Positions 24,166-38,519 of a DNA stretch of 64,000 nt are shown here, in pieces. The notes below the pieces were generated by a model that made no database searches, had not been told where the DNA came from, and saw only the letters and a program-made list of their open reading frames with translations. Position 1 is the stretch's first letter, and the number at the start of each line of letters is the position of its first letter. Origin of the DNA: Lama guanicoe (taxonomy: Eukaryota); assembly GCA_013239625.1 (NCBI GenBank), contig MU053574.1:557844-621843 (forward strand), given 5' to 3'. The position numbers were made by a program, and so were the translations under genes.

Positions 24166-26300
24166 CTTATGTGCCCAACTAGATTGTGAGCTCCTTGGGA
24201 ACAGAAAGTACACTTCTGGAGGAGGCTGACCCTCTAGGTAGATGTAGATGTGGGTGATGGAGCCGTAGATGCACTGGGTTCTTCTCTCGCAGCGGGACAA
24301 AGGAGTCTCCGGGATGACAGTGTGGCCCAACACGTGAAGACCACGATAAACTGTGGAACTGCCAAAGAGTGGGAACTCCCACTCTGCCTTCTACCCTCTG
24401 CAGGACCTTGGGCATGTTACTGAGTCTTTCTGAGGTCAACACTCCAACCTTGCTGAGCTGAGGTCATACACATAAAAGTCGGGCGCTTCGCAGGTACCCA
24501 ACAATGGGAACTGCTGGTGTCACGAAATTCTTTCAGTTCGCACAGTGGTCATGACCTCAGGCTGTGGAGTCACAGACCTGGTTCAAAGCCTGGCTCCTCC
24601 ACCCACGTGCTGGACGACGGTGGGCAACATGTGTGACCTCTCTAAGCCTCAGCTTCCCCATCTGTACAATGGGAATGGTGGGAATCTGGTCTCTTAGGAT
24701 TGTTGCAAAGGTTTAAGAGAGCCGGTGCCCAACAAGGGGCGGCACAGTGCCTGGCACACAGTGGGCTCCATGAAGGGTGTCAGCTGGCCCAGTGGGTCAA
24801 CAGCCAGGAGCTCCCTGGAAACCCAGACTCCTGGCCTCAGCCTCCTGGCCCCCTCTGCAAGCATCCTGTGAGGTGGTCCTTGGAGGATCCGCCGCTGGAA
24901 GCATGCAGCTGCCTAAGGAAAGACGGAGCTTGCAGAAGCACCAGACGCTTTCCCTTTAGAAAGGAAGTTTCTGGAAGACTTGCTCAAACCTCTGAATTTG
25001 TGCTCACTGGGTGCCTAGAGAGAGAGCACAACCCTGAGTGACAGTTTACAAGGGTTTTGGAGGCAGCTGTGAAGCCCTGCACTCGGTCCTAGGGGATCCC
25101 TCGGAATCACCCCAGCAGGTTCCCTCAAACAACTTGGTAAAAACTCAGAGCATGGCAGACTGGAAGCTTGTTTAACCTGCAGAAAGTAAACAGACCGCGC
25201 CGATAGCCCTGAACAGTCGCATTGCTTGTCCCGCCCATGATGCTCCAAACACGCGGCCCGGGAGGGGTCAGGAGGCGCTTAGCGTGTCTGCTCCAGCAGA
25301 GCAGGGCTCTTGGCAATTCCTTGGGTGAACCCTCAGCATCCTGCAGCTGGCAGACACCACTCTGTTGGCTGCTGTCCCTGTCAGTGTGGGGAGGGAGGGG
25401 CTGGCACTGCAGACCTGCTGTTGATTTCTGGGCGTGTCTCCCAGCCCTCTGTTCTCTGTCTTGTTTATTCTACTTGTTCCGGTCCCTGCAGGTCTCATGG
25501 CCAACTGGGAGCTCTGCTGGCTCTGGCCTCACTCCCTGCTCAGCTCCTCTCACTTGCCTTCCCTGATGCTTCACTGCAGCTTCTGAAGTTCCAAGGTCCT
25601 CCTTGCCTTGGAGGCCCAACACCTCTTGTTTTGTCTGGAACAGTCTCGCCCATGGCCCACCCAAACACAACACACACACTCGACCACCAGCACCACTTAA
25701 CTGACCAACTCTACTCATCTCAGAAGGTCAGGCTGACACGTCACGTCCTCAGGGTAGGGCATCCATGGCCTCCTGGTGGACGCCTCTTGGCACCACCGCC
25801 ACCTCCGTGGGGTTATCCCTTGGTAACAGGTAGTTGCCTGATTGCCTGTCTTCTCCAGGGCCCTGAGCTCCCCACAGGCAGGAACTAAGTCTCTGCTGTC
25901 CACAGAGGGACCCCCAGGCCCAGAACACTGCCTGGTACCTAACAGCCCCTCCATAAACGTTTTGCAAATGGTCAAATGAGCAAATGAAAGGCGGGCTCTG
26001 GGAGGTTCTCAGGGGAAAAGCCACTCAGATGTGCAGAAACCGAGGCTTCCAGACATCCCAGAGTTTCACAGGAGGTTTCAGAGTTAACAGGAGTGTGCAG
26101 GAGACTGTGAGCTCATGACTGTGGTCCGTGGCCGGTGTGACTGGTTCAGGAGGAGTGTGGAGTGCCGAATGAATGAATGACACGTAGCCTGGAGGGGAAC
26201 TGAGGACCCTCAAGTCTGGTGATCCAGTGCATTTCCCCTGCCCACCTCCCCTGAACATGCCACCCCTTTTCCTGGAAAGCTTCCTCCCTTCCCTGGTCAA

Positions 26301-26478
26301 CAGGTGATTTACCCTGAAGCTAACGGAAGGTAAGTCTCAGGGCCCTTCCTTGCACACGGCCCCTTCCAAGGCCCTGGACTTGATTTCCGACATCATTTAC
26401 CACTTCGTACTGTTTTTTCAAGAGAGATCCCCAAACTGCTTATGCTTCAGGTCACCCAAAAATCTCCACCTCTGCCCC
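26301..26478 (+). mobile_element. MER53-like MITE
   Basis: gatttaccctgaagctaacggaagg...cagggcccttccttgcacacggccccttccaaggccctg...atgcttcaggtcacccaaaaatct matches the recalled MER53 consensus. Confidence 0.7.
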
Positions 26479-26516
26479 CACCTCTCCTTACTAATCTTTG
26501 TGTCAAGATTCAACTC

Positions 26517-27076
26517 AAATGATTGGATAAAGATGTGGTGTGTGTACATATATATACATACAAACATACAGACATACATACACACACACACACACATACA
26601 CATAATGAAATACTACTCAGACATAAGAAAGAATGAAATAATGCCATTTGCAGCAACGTGGATGGATTTGGAGATGATCCTACTAAGTGAATTAAGTCAG
26701 AGAAAGAAAGACAAATATCATGATATCACATATGTGGAATCTAAAAGAATGACACAAATGAACTTATTTATAAACCAGAAACAGACTCATAGACCTAGAA
26801 AACAAACTTACGGTTACCAGAGGGGAAAGGGGAGAGGGGAGGGATAAACTAAGCGTTTGGGATTACCAATACAAACTACTATATACAAAATAGATCCATG
26901 ACAAAGTCTTAGCGCCCGTGCTTAGGGGTAGAGCACAGGGAACTATAGTCAATATCTTTTAATAACCCACAATGAAAAAGAACATATGTACATGTGTAAC
27001 TGAGTCGCTACGCTGCACACCAGAAACTAACACAACGTTGTTAATCAACTACACTTCAAGAAGAAGGAAAAAAAAA
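26517..27076 (+). mobile_element. 5'-truncated lineage-specific L1 3' end with poly(A) and TSD
   Basis: aatgaaataatgccatttgcagcaacgtggatgga...agcacagggaactata...caactacacttcaa + A-tail; aagattcaactc / aagattctgctc flanks. Confidence 0.9.
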
Positions 27077-29060
27077 GATTCTGCTCGAGCCATCCAGTCT
27101 ATGAGACCTCCCCTCACCTGCCCGCACCCAGGCATAGCTGCCCTCAAGCACGGAGTAGGAATCCTACCCAGACGGTTGTCCCTGCATCTGTCCCATTTTG
27201 CTGTTTGTTTTTATGCCTGTTTCTGTCTCCTAGGTTGTAGGCTCTTCGAGAGCAAAGCCTCTCCCAGATTGGCTTACCCCTGTATCCCTGGCGCCCCGCT
27301 CTGCGCCTGGGACACAGCAGGTGCTGGAAAGTGTCTGTTAATTCAAGCAGCGTGTGCGTGGCTCGTCTGCCACTGCTTTCCCCGTAGTGCTCACAGAATC
27401 CTCGAGTTGTCTGTTCTTGTCCGTTTCAGATCTTTGCTCAGGCCAGTCCCTCTCCAGGTGCCTCTTCTTCTCCTGCTCATCTGGTGGAATCCAACCCATC
27501 CTATGGCTCTGGCCTGGGGCACAAGCTCCCTGAGCTGCCCCGGATGCTCCAACGCTGCTCCCGCCTCCCCTCCCAAATATGCCTCCCGGTACCTCTCCTT
27601 CCTCCTTTAATAACTTTTATTATTGATTTTAATGTGCAAAACCTGGTTCTCCCTTGACCGGGCCATAAACTCCTTGGAAATGAATTCTTAAACCTCTTGT
27701 GTTCCCACCCGTATCTTGCATATTATAGGTGTGCGATAAACATTTGCTCATTGACGGATGGGTTCATTAACAATCTAAGACACATACTAAAAAAAATTTT
27801 TTTCAGCCAATCTCTCTGTTCTTAAAGATCTCTGGGAGACGGTGGGAATATCTGAATGCAGTTCCACATAACAGGAACGTGAAGGCGGCATTTTAACGTG
27901 GCACTACGGCCAAACGCACGTGTCCAGCAAAACTGACCCCAAAAGCTACCAGCAAATTTTCAAATTCCCTCCACTGCAATGCTATGGCCATAAGGTCACC
28001 CCTCTTGAGGTCTTCTGGGGCGCCCCCAGCCTTATGAGAGGCGGTGGATGGCTGGGGCTTCCCCTGATGCAGTGATGCAGCTTGGACGCTGTGCTACTGG
28101 TCCCAAACGGCCAACCACCTGGCAGTGGTGTGGCCTTTCACTAACTAATGATGGACCTTGAAATCAAAGCACTTCTGAAGATCCACTCTCGTTCCTCTGG
28201 ACAAACACAAAAGATTTTGATCCACACGAAGGAATTTATCTTGTTCGCTTCTGGGTTCATGGTTCCCCCGCAATGTGTACTGTCTGGTTCCTACAAAAGA
28301 TCAGAAGCCCCTCTCTGGGGATCATTGTGCGTTTTCTAAGATGCTCTTGGTGGGCCATTCTCCCCCCGCGTGCTCCTAGTGGTGACATTTCTGCTCACTG
28401 ACCCACGTTGGTCAGTCTCTTGACCGAACCCTGATGTGCCTTTAAATGACTGGGTGGGAAAAGACAGCTGTTTTCTTTATAAAGCACATTTGTTTGCGTC
28501 CATGAAAGGCTGTACTTAGTGCCACATCGAAAGCGTAAGGGCGAGGCTGGTCCACCGCGAGTTTAATTCCTCATGTACCCAATCCGGTCTGTTTTCAATC
28601 CTAAGTGAGTTCATGCTGAGGAAAACCAAACCAAACCAGGCCCTGGGAAGGCGGTGCGCCAGGAAAACAGAGCTCAGCCAGCGATCGCTCAACAAACCAG
28701 CCCCAATGCTAATTAGTTTATCTGATGAATTACTGAACTGTCCGGATTGCTGGAAATGCGTCTTAATTTTTGAGACTACAACGTGGCTGAGGCTGGAGAC
28801 AGACAAGCCCTGACAGAAACCAGCAAACGGACGGAACCTGTAACTAAGAGAAAAGAAAGGGCTTCGAAAGGGAGGGTTTAAAATGGTCATAAAATATACG
28901 GGGTTGCGGAGGGGAGGAGGCAGGGACAGACCCAAACAACGACTGGAGAAGCAATTAAAACGAAACTGGCTCATGGCTACAATCTCTGTATTAGGTCTTC
29001 AGGAGACCCCGGACCGTGGGGCAACATCGTGAATTCTCCACGTGTTAATGTTTCCTCGTT

Positions 29061-29280
29061 CAGGGTCTCTCAGCCTCAGCACCACTGACACTGGGAGAGG
29101 TGATTCCTGTATCAGGGGGGCGTCCTGTGCATCGCAGGACACAGGCAGCCTCGCTGGCGTCTGCCTACTGGATGCTGGCAGCAGCCCCTTCCCGGTTATG
29201 AGAACCAGAAACATCTCCGGACATGGCTGGACGTCCTTCGCAGAGCAAAACTGCTCCCCACCCCAACCGAGAACAACTGG
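29061..29280 (+). mobile_element. MER20 hAT-Charlie MITE
   Basis: ctcagcctcagcaccactgacact...gtcctgtgcatcgcagga...ctactggatgctggcagca...accagaaacatctccggaca...gagaacaactg. Confidence 0.8.
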
Positions 29281-32200
29281 CCTAACTCTAGGATGTCATA
29301 ATCTCTTTCATAAAAACTGTGTCTCCTTGAAATCAGTCTTCATTACATCCTGGACAGGCGGACAAGGCAGTTTTTAGCACCCATTCTTTACAAATGAGGA
29401 AACTGAGGCTCAGACATTAAGCCACTTGAAACCTCCGGAGAGCTAGAAACCAAATTGCTTTCACCCTCAGCCAGGGCGCACCAGCCCACTCCCAGGCACG
29501 TGGCAGCAGGAAGCGTGAGATGGGGCGAGTGACAGAGTCTTTCAGCAAGAACACAAAGGAGACAAAGAGGAAGCCCTTGGGCGGGCGTCTCATCGCCCAC
29601 TTATAAGTTCGGATTTAGGACATTCATTCAACGCTGACGGATGAGAACAAGGCTGTTGGGTGACTGAGTGTCAGAAGCCCGATAATGGGAAATAGCAGAA
29701 GAGCCCACTGGGCCCTCCTGGGCCTGGCACCCCTGTGTTGTCTCGCGGACAGCTTACAACTCCTGCACAGCCAGGTGCCGACTCTATGGGCCCATTTTAC
29801 AGAGGGGAAATCGAGGCTCAGAGTAAGTAACCTCACAGCACAGCAAACAAGTGGCTGAGACCGAGGCCTCCCTTGGATCTGCCTGGCCGCGTGGCCTGAC
29901 ATCTACGCTGTTGTGCTGGACTCTCTCTGGTGAGATGGTCGAAGTGTGACATCTTCCCTGGGCAACCAACTTACTGCTGTAACGTTTGGGATTGCGTGAA
30001 AACGCTGGGGCAGCCTGGGACTGTTTTCACAGTCCTCATGTACCCTGGTCCAGGCGCTTGAAGGGAGGCCCAGGGAGCAATTTCATCTGAAGTTGAATTG
30101 TTATCAATGACCAACAAATGCTCAAATCTTTTTTTTTTTTTTAGCAAATACAAAAGTCAGATAAGAAGCACCTGACACTTACAATATATGCTGAAACCAA
30201 CCAAGATGCAGTGTGACTGTGACAGTGCCTCCTCCAGCCAGGGGTCCTGAGCGGGGATTGGCGGCCCTGCAGGCGGGCCCGAGGTTCAGCAGAGCCTGTG
30301 CCCGGGGCGGCGGCCAGCGCTCCGCACACCGGCCTCCAGGACTGGACGCGCCCAGCCTAGAAGTCCAGCCAGACCTGAACGTTGTCAGAGTGCTCCCCGC
30401 CTGTGACCCAAACAAAGAACCAGCACCCCAAAAACGCATCAGCTCAAACAACAGCTGACAAGCCGGTAGTCTCCAGGGTTAGCATTTCATGCAGAATAAT
30501 TTGATTGAGTTTCCTTCTTATTACAGTTTTTAAACAGTTAAAGATGCATTTTCTCAAAAAGCAGTCTGAATCAGACATTTTATGAGAACTCTGGATGCTT
30601 CTGGAGACTGGTGAACGACTGGAAAAGCGCTGTGCTGTGAAATTTCGTCTGCAGGGCCAGCTGTAAATCAAGAAAACTTTGACTTTTGAATAAAGGGGAA
30701 ATGGCCTAAATTATACAACGAGCAGCACTTGAACCTGGAAGATTCTGGAAGGTGCTGGAAGTAGCTGCTGACTCATTCAGCCAGGAAGCCAGGACTCAAA
30801 AGAGTTCTTCCAGGAGGAAAGGCCTTCCCACGCAGTGTTCTGTGGGGTCAAGCTGCCTTCAGAGATCTTATCTGCACTTACTTTGGAAGCCAAAGCCTTC
30901 CTTTTCCAGTGGACAAAGAGGAAAGCGGGCTCCTCACGCAGAGCTGCCCCCTGCCGGTGGGGAGAGTTTGGGGTGGGCGGTGGTGAAAAGTCTGGGGGGA
31001 AGCAGCTCCACTTCTGAACCGGCCACAAGTCTGGGCATCAGGGCGTCACTGCAGCACCTGCTCGCTCCCCGAAGGATAGGCCTGGGTGCCGGGAAGCAGG
31101 AGGATTTGATTTAAAAAGAAGAAAAAGTAGAAAAGAAGGACCAAAAGAGAGAGACAGTCGCAGGGACAGAGGAGCCCACGGCTTCCCCTGGAAACATGAA
31201 AGCCGCCCACCGGCCAGCAGAGACTGGGTTGTTAGGACGGGCAGCCCGGTGTCCAGCCCCCTTCCTCGTGTTTTGTTTTCTCCTATTACGTTGCAAATTG
31301 GACAGAAAAGGATCTCAGCACATTCTCTTCAACACACAAGCCAAATGTAACATTTTTGCATTTTACTCGAACATAGTAAAAATACTGACCCGCACAGACG
31401 TGTTTGTACACCCGTGCGTTTGTCCGCCCACCTTCTCTGCGTTTGTCTCTGACCTCGCGTTGATGCTCACTGGCATCGATATTTATCAGAGATGATGGGC
31501 TCTGAGTGGGCATGCCTAATTTTGTGGAGTATCCAGTTTGAACACTTGGCTCTAAATAAATGCTTCCTTGTGATGGCAATGAAAACGATGCCAGCAGTGG
31601 TGCCAAGTCTTGTGAACTAGAACTCGAGTTGGGGTGAAAATCTATGAACGATCACCATCTAAGGAGGGCAGAATCCTTCGGCCCCAGAGGGCTGAGTTTT
31701 TCCCAAGTTCCACTCCTGATAGGAATCTGCCTTTTCACCCTTCCAGGTCCAGATCCAGGTCTGTTCCTTTATTAAAGTCTCCCGAGCCCCCGCTCAGGGT
31801 TTCCTCTCCCCAAATCTGAATGCTTCTGGGTGGTGCAAAAACTTGAAATTGACAGGGGGTGACCCATGACATGGCTTGTCTTATCTGTGCGCGCGCGCGC
31901 ACGCACGTGCATGTACGACAATAAGAACTAACATTTCCTGAGAGCTTTCTTTAAAGCAGGGGCTGTGCTAAGCAATATATATGCCATATGTATGTGCATG
32001 CAATATATATATGCATATATGGTATACATACACGTACATACATCTGTCTCCCTAGCTAAACAGTTAACTCTGTGGGCAAGAGCTGATTCCGAACTTGTTT
32101 CTATGTCCCCAAGAGAGCTTAGGATGGTGCTGAGAATTTAGCAAACATTCAAGAACTATTTCTTGGCTATCCAGAAATGAGTCAAGTTCACACCAGAGGG

Positions 32201-34821
32201 GAGGTTGAGTGAAACGATAATGGAATCAGATTCACTGGTGAACGTCTTTTGACTGCCTGCCCAACAGATATAACCAGTCTGGGTTGTCATTAATGAACTA
32301 GTTGTACTTTGTAGCCAAAAAAGCATGGGGCTGGAAGTCAGGTGACATGAATCTCATCCCACGTCTGTGACCAGGTCAGGGTAGCACCTTGAGCAAGTGT
32401 CTTCCCGTCTCTGGGCCTTAATATCCTCGAAAAAGGAATTGGACTAGACGTCTGTGAGCCTCCTTCCAGCCCCAAGTGATGTGATTCCATGGCTCTGTCT
32501 TCCAAGTGCATGTACTTCTTATTTGTGACATGACCCCCCACCAGAAAAACAAAGTCAGTAATAAATTATGGAAAAAATCGGGTGCCATGATCATTTGCAC
32601 TTTCCAAGGATGCTCAGTTCAATAAATTCCACCTCTGTACATAGCCTGCCTCTCCAGGGCGACAGAAGATTCAAGGCTGTCAGTGGAGCAAACCAAGCAG
32701 TCTCTCCCTATAATTGTATTGACAGGGTATCAGCTGAGTTTCGATGGCAGGAAGGGTTCACCCTGACAGGTTCTGTGAAGGAGCCTTGAAGGCTATTGTA
32801 GCAGGATTCTATGTTGAGTCACCGAGTTCTGGGGAAATGAGAATCAAGCAGGGAGAGGCTTGGTTCTTTCTCTATTTAATTTTATTCTTCCCAGAGAGTC
32901 ACATTTGAAGGAAAACTGGCTAACTGCCCACCGCTTTATACAATAGAATAGAAGCCCTTTCTCACGGAAAATATTTACATCTTCTTGTGGCCACATAAAA
33001 CACGGGGCTGATTTGAATCAGCCCCACTCAATGGCCAGTTGGCTTGGTTTTAAATGAGGCAAAGAGTGATTGAGCAGTTGTAGATAAAACATCTGCTTGG
33101 ATGTCTGAGTTTTTCACTTTTCACTTGGTTACTGTGGCATCTTGCAGACATGTTCTTGAATAACTGATGTGTGTACGCCCTGGTAAATTCCATGGGTGTG
33201 AAACAGCAGTGTTGTGTTTGTTCAGGCAGTGTGTCTGCATTTTAAATGAAAAAAAAAATCCTGATCCTATTCGCTGGAGAAAACAATGTCACAACAGCCC
33301 CTCCAGTACGGGGGAATAAATGACTGTTTCTAAGGCGCTCTATTCTTCCAATATAGATGCAACCTTCAGATTCAGACTGAGACAAAACCAGAATATACTC
33401 AGCTACAATCAGCCACTGCAGGCACCCCAGGCAGGGGGCACTCCCACCTCCGCTGCACACAACGTGAAAGTGCACAGAAACACGGGGGTCTGAACACCTG
33501 CGTCTGTGAAACCGACATGCCACAGGGAAGCAACCCACAGGCCATGTCTCAGCAGAAATTTCAGCAACGTATTATTTTAAAAAAGACTTTTTAAGGGCTC
33601 CACTCTCTTGAATATATTTAATCTCCTCCTTTTCTCGAAAGCTGAAAACGTCAAAGTTTTTTTTCCATAATTTACATTTTCTTTAAAATACAGGAAAGCT
33701 GTTTGGGGTGAAACATAGCTTCTATCCCCAGCTCGGCCAGACCCTTGCACAAAGAGCCCACTACAGACAGCCTCAGCGTCCCCAGTGCAAGGCGGGGTCT
33801 GGAGAAGGTCACAGTCAAGGTTCTTTCTCCCTCTCAGTGTTTCTGCAACTTTCACGTAGGTCAGCTTTTGCTGGAGAATCTGGTAGCAGTGGTCAATACT
33901 GAAATGTGGACATAAACTTAACTACCGTTAGTACCTTGCGGCCCTTCAAGAACCAGAGGGAGGAAAGTAAGAAGGAAAGGCCTGCGGTGCTCCTGACGGG
34001 ACACAGACTGGGCACAGCCACCAGGGCGCCCCCTGCCGTTCGGATCCAGTCACCGCGGGCATGGCAGCCCGGCTGTGCGGTCTGAAGACAGAGCCCCAGT
34101 CGTGGGTCAGTCCTCTCCTGCACATTCTCCAGCCCAAAGTTCAGGTTCAGGAATTAGGACTGGATTCATCTTCAAGCTGTTCAGCTAGTGCCACCCAGAG
34201 GCCAAATACTGTGTTTCTTGATATGCAGTACATAAAGGATGGGGGGGGTTTACCTATACATGCACACTATACAAATTAAACACATGTATATTGTACATAC
34301 GCATGAGTGTATCTGTGTGCACACATATGTGGAAAATGTATGTGTGTGTACAATATGTGTATATCTATGCATATACATATATATATACTGGTGGGCATCA
34401 CACGCCACTAATTCACCATGGGGAATAACTCCATTATGTGTCCATTCTGTATTTAAGTAGGAAGGAGTTGGTCCACCAGTAACTGCTTGAATAAAAGCAA
34501 TGATCAGAGGCGGGGAAATTGATTCTCCCCTTGACTCCAGAGTGGTGAACACCCTCCCCACCACACACACACTCTGGGCCATCTGTCCTCGGACAGCGGC
34601 TCTTCTCACCTAGAAATAAGGGAAAGACTTTGTTCCCCTCTGGGGGGCCTAGGGAGGGGAGTGTATTAAACGGAAAGGTGCCGATTGTGAGAAGCCAGCT
34701 TCTCCCAGCTTCTGGCCCAGGAGCATAGTTCCGGGAAGGCAAGAGAGAGTCAACGTTTTCATAGGAGCCAATTAACGCAGCTAATTCTACCACGATGTTA
34801 AGAAAGCCTAGGTTCCCTGTA

Positions 34822-34866
34822 CAAAAAACAAACAAACAAACAAACAAACAAACAAACAAACAAAAC
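34822..34866 (+). repeat. (AAAC)n microsatellite
   Basis: acaaacaaacaaacaaacaaacaaacaaacaaacaaa. Confidence 0.95.
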
Positions 34867-35565
34867 AACTAACAGCAACCCAAACCTGTGGGCTCTAAGC
34901 AGCTCCTGGCGTTCAGGTAAATAATTGTTACTGAATCCATGGTTATCACCTGCGCGTTCCACCGCGGGCATCGGCGGAACTGCGCGCATTTTTAGGAGCA
35001 CACTGCCCTCCAGTGGCGAAAGATAGAATTGCTCCATGGCCCGCTTCTCAAGTGCCAAATCTCAACTAGACTTTTCCTGGGGCTCCAGGAAGGCGCGTGG
35101 TGGCCTCGCCAGAGTTGGATGATCACCAATCCCCGAAAGGTGACTACCACGAGGGAGGGTTCAAATAAAAGGGGGGGGCGATTTAGTTGGAAACCGCGGC
35201 TCCCTCACTTGGTGCCTGTAGGCCACCGAAGGTAAAGCTTCGTGGGGGTTTTTTTCACCCTCTGAGGGTCGTAATTCCGGGTAAGAGTACGCTCGGGTGG
35301 AAAGTAACGTGTGAAGTGACGCTTCCACGAGAGATGCAGAATGCCTGCAGCATGGTAGCAGCCCAGGCTGCATGGGGAGGGGCAGAGGCGGCCCACACCC
35401 TGGGAGGGCTGGCAGGTGGTAAGGACGGATCTGGGTGCTGCTACCTGTCTGCCACCCCGCGGGTTCACCCTGGGCGAATACAAACGGAAACAGCAGCAGC
35501 CCACACAGAAGGCTTACCGCGCGTCAGACAGCGTGCCAGGGGTCCCGCAGGGACGCCCTTATTCA

Positions 35566-36267
<702 letters not shown>

Positions 36268-36302
36268 TTAAGACCACCCCTTGCGGGAGAATGGAACTGC
36301 CC

Positions 36303-36316
36303 GTCTCCATGGCGAC
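36303..36316. promoter_or_regulatory. RFX X-box
   Basis: GTCTCCATGGCGAC (reverse complement GTCGCCATGGAGAC) fits the near-palindromic X-box pattern GTYNCC-AT-GGNRAC, ~320 bp upstream of a ciliary gene's ATG. Confidence 0.75.
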
Positions 36317-37466
36317 AGGACGCCAACGGCGCCGGAACGGTGCGGATCTTCCACTTTCAGGAAACTTACTGGTCGCCACCCAACTGGACCTGTTTGGAGT
36401 TTTCTTAAACAGACCTGAGGGAAAAACCCCAAGAATCACCACTGGGGTGTGTTAAAAGCCACAGGGCCCTAGAGAGCCATTTACAGTTGACGTCCAAGTC
36501 AGAGACACCTTCCCTCCACTCACCCGACTCCACGCACCGCCCCTTCTCACTTCTCCCCACGCCGCACACATACATACACCCGGGGTAGAGCGCCTGCAGT
36601 TTCAGGATAAAATAGAAATCCACATTCCAGACCTGTTACTGCTCATCCACTGGGTGATTTCAAATTAGCTGCCCTCTTGTGTCCTCAGTTTTTCTTCTGT
36701 GAAATGGGTAGGGAGGAGAGTCTAGAGTTGAATGAAATCAGTAGTACCCAACTTGGTGCAGCAGAATGGAGGGAAGTTGAAAACAACAGATTCACTGAAT
36801 GAGAATATCTGGAAATGGGATCTGAGAACCTACATTATAAAAAATCTCCCTCCCCTTTGGATTTTTTTGCTTATTTTGAAAAAGCTCAAAGCTATGGAAA
36901 CTTTAAGAGTACAATGAAAACCTGTATCTTCACCTAGATTCACTGGTCCTTAGTATTTGCCACATTTAATTTCTCTCTAAGTGTATGTGCACGTTCACAT
37001 TGCTGAATCATTTTGAAAATATCTGCAGACAGTATGAGATTTGACCCTAAATACATGTATCTGCCAAGAACAGGGACATTCTCACACAGAACTACAAAGA
37101 TATTGTCATGTCTATGGATTTTAACAATAATAGTGCCTGATATGCAGTCCATATGCAAAGTTGAGAGCCTGCACTTTTAAAGAGCTTCCCAAGTGATTGG
37201 TGCAGTGTTTTTGGAACTACTAGCCTGGCTGATCCCTAGCCTGCCTTCTAGTTTCAGCCTTATGAGGTTGTTCACCCAGCATTATCATCTTCATTAAACA
37301 TGCAAATATCCACAAAGCTCTGGGTAATGAATTTACCACAGAACAAGTTGCACAGACAACAAAACTGCACTTCAAGACTTTACGTGCCAAGAGTGGACAA
37401 CACCAGCACTACATTTCCAGAGCAAACCAGATAGACTTCCAACTGGTCATCCAGGCCTGGAGCAGA

Positions 37467-37470
<4 letters not shown>

Positions 37471-37510
<40 letters not shown>

Positions 37511-37521
37511 TGTGTGTGTGT
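37471..37521 (+). repeat. Compound microsatellite: perfect (GAT)13 followed by (GT)6
   Basis: Read directly; lies between the CFAP77 and TTF1 promoters. Confidence 0.95.
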
Positions 37522-38519
37522 TGTATGCTTATGGTTCCTCCAGTCTACTTGACCTCCAGACTTTCACCAAAATATAGGTTGTGCATTTTTCAATCAAAGC
37601 TGCTTGGCAGCTTACACAGAGGAAGTCAGGCGGTGCAGCAAGGGGCAGGATACTGGAGCAGCGGCAAGACCACAGGTTTGAATCCTAGCTAGGAGGGGAA
37701 GGGGGGCATAAGTTCCCTGGGACAAGTCACATGAAGCCGTAGTTTTCTCGTCCACAAGGCAAGGCTGATAATACCTAATGAAGATTCCTACAACAGGGGT
37801 TGTTATAGGATTAAATTAGGAATCTTGCTGGGATGGTTATGTTCACTATCCAATAAGGCTAAAAGTTTGAATGGCATGTACACTGGCCTCAACCTAATGG
37901 CCTGGTTAAAGCTTTACTTTTAATCATAGGTACATTTTTTCAGGACTCAGTGGAAATGGGAGAATTGGAATCGATCTTCAAGGCCTCTCCCAGCTCTAAC
38001 CTTCACCTAAGTTTAATGTGCATCAGACTCTACATCAGCTGAGCCCTGCCCACCCCGACTTCTCCTATCACTCTACCCATCATTCACTGTGCTGCCGCTG
38101 CCCTGGCCTTCTTTAAGTTCCTCCGGCCACCAAGTTCAGCGCCTCTGTATTTGCTCCCAGCCTGGAACACCCTTCCGTCTAGATTTTTGTTCACCTTCTT
38201 CATTTAGAACTCAACTCAAATGTCACCCATCAAAGAGACTTCCCTACTATCCATCCTCGCACTCACTGCCCCCAGTCACTATCCATCACATCACCCCGTT
38301 CTGTTTTCCCCACAGGATAATCTGAAATGATTTTGGTTGATGTGTTTGCTGTCTTCCGCAGGTTAACCCTCACCGTCTTGTTCACTCCTTGGACCTCCGC
38401 AAAGAAACAGTTGAATAGGTGGAGTGCGTGCATGATTAGCAAGAAAACGGAAGCGCTCTGTCCCCCTTTCTCTGTTTTAGCATCACGCTCTTACCACCCC
38501 CTCCCTATTCCCCACGACC

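Noticed and set aside
26350..27610. 165-aa and 212-aa plus-strand ORFs
   Set aside because: They run through MER53, microsatellite, L1 3' UTR and other old repeat-like sequence; chance open frames
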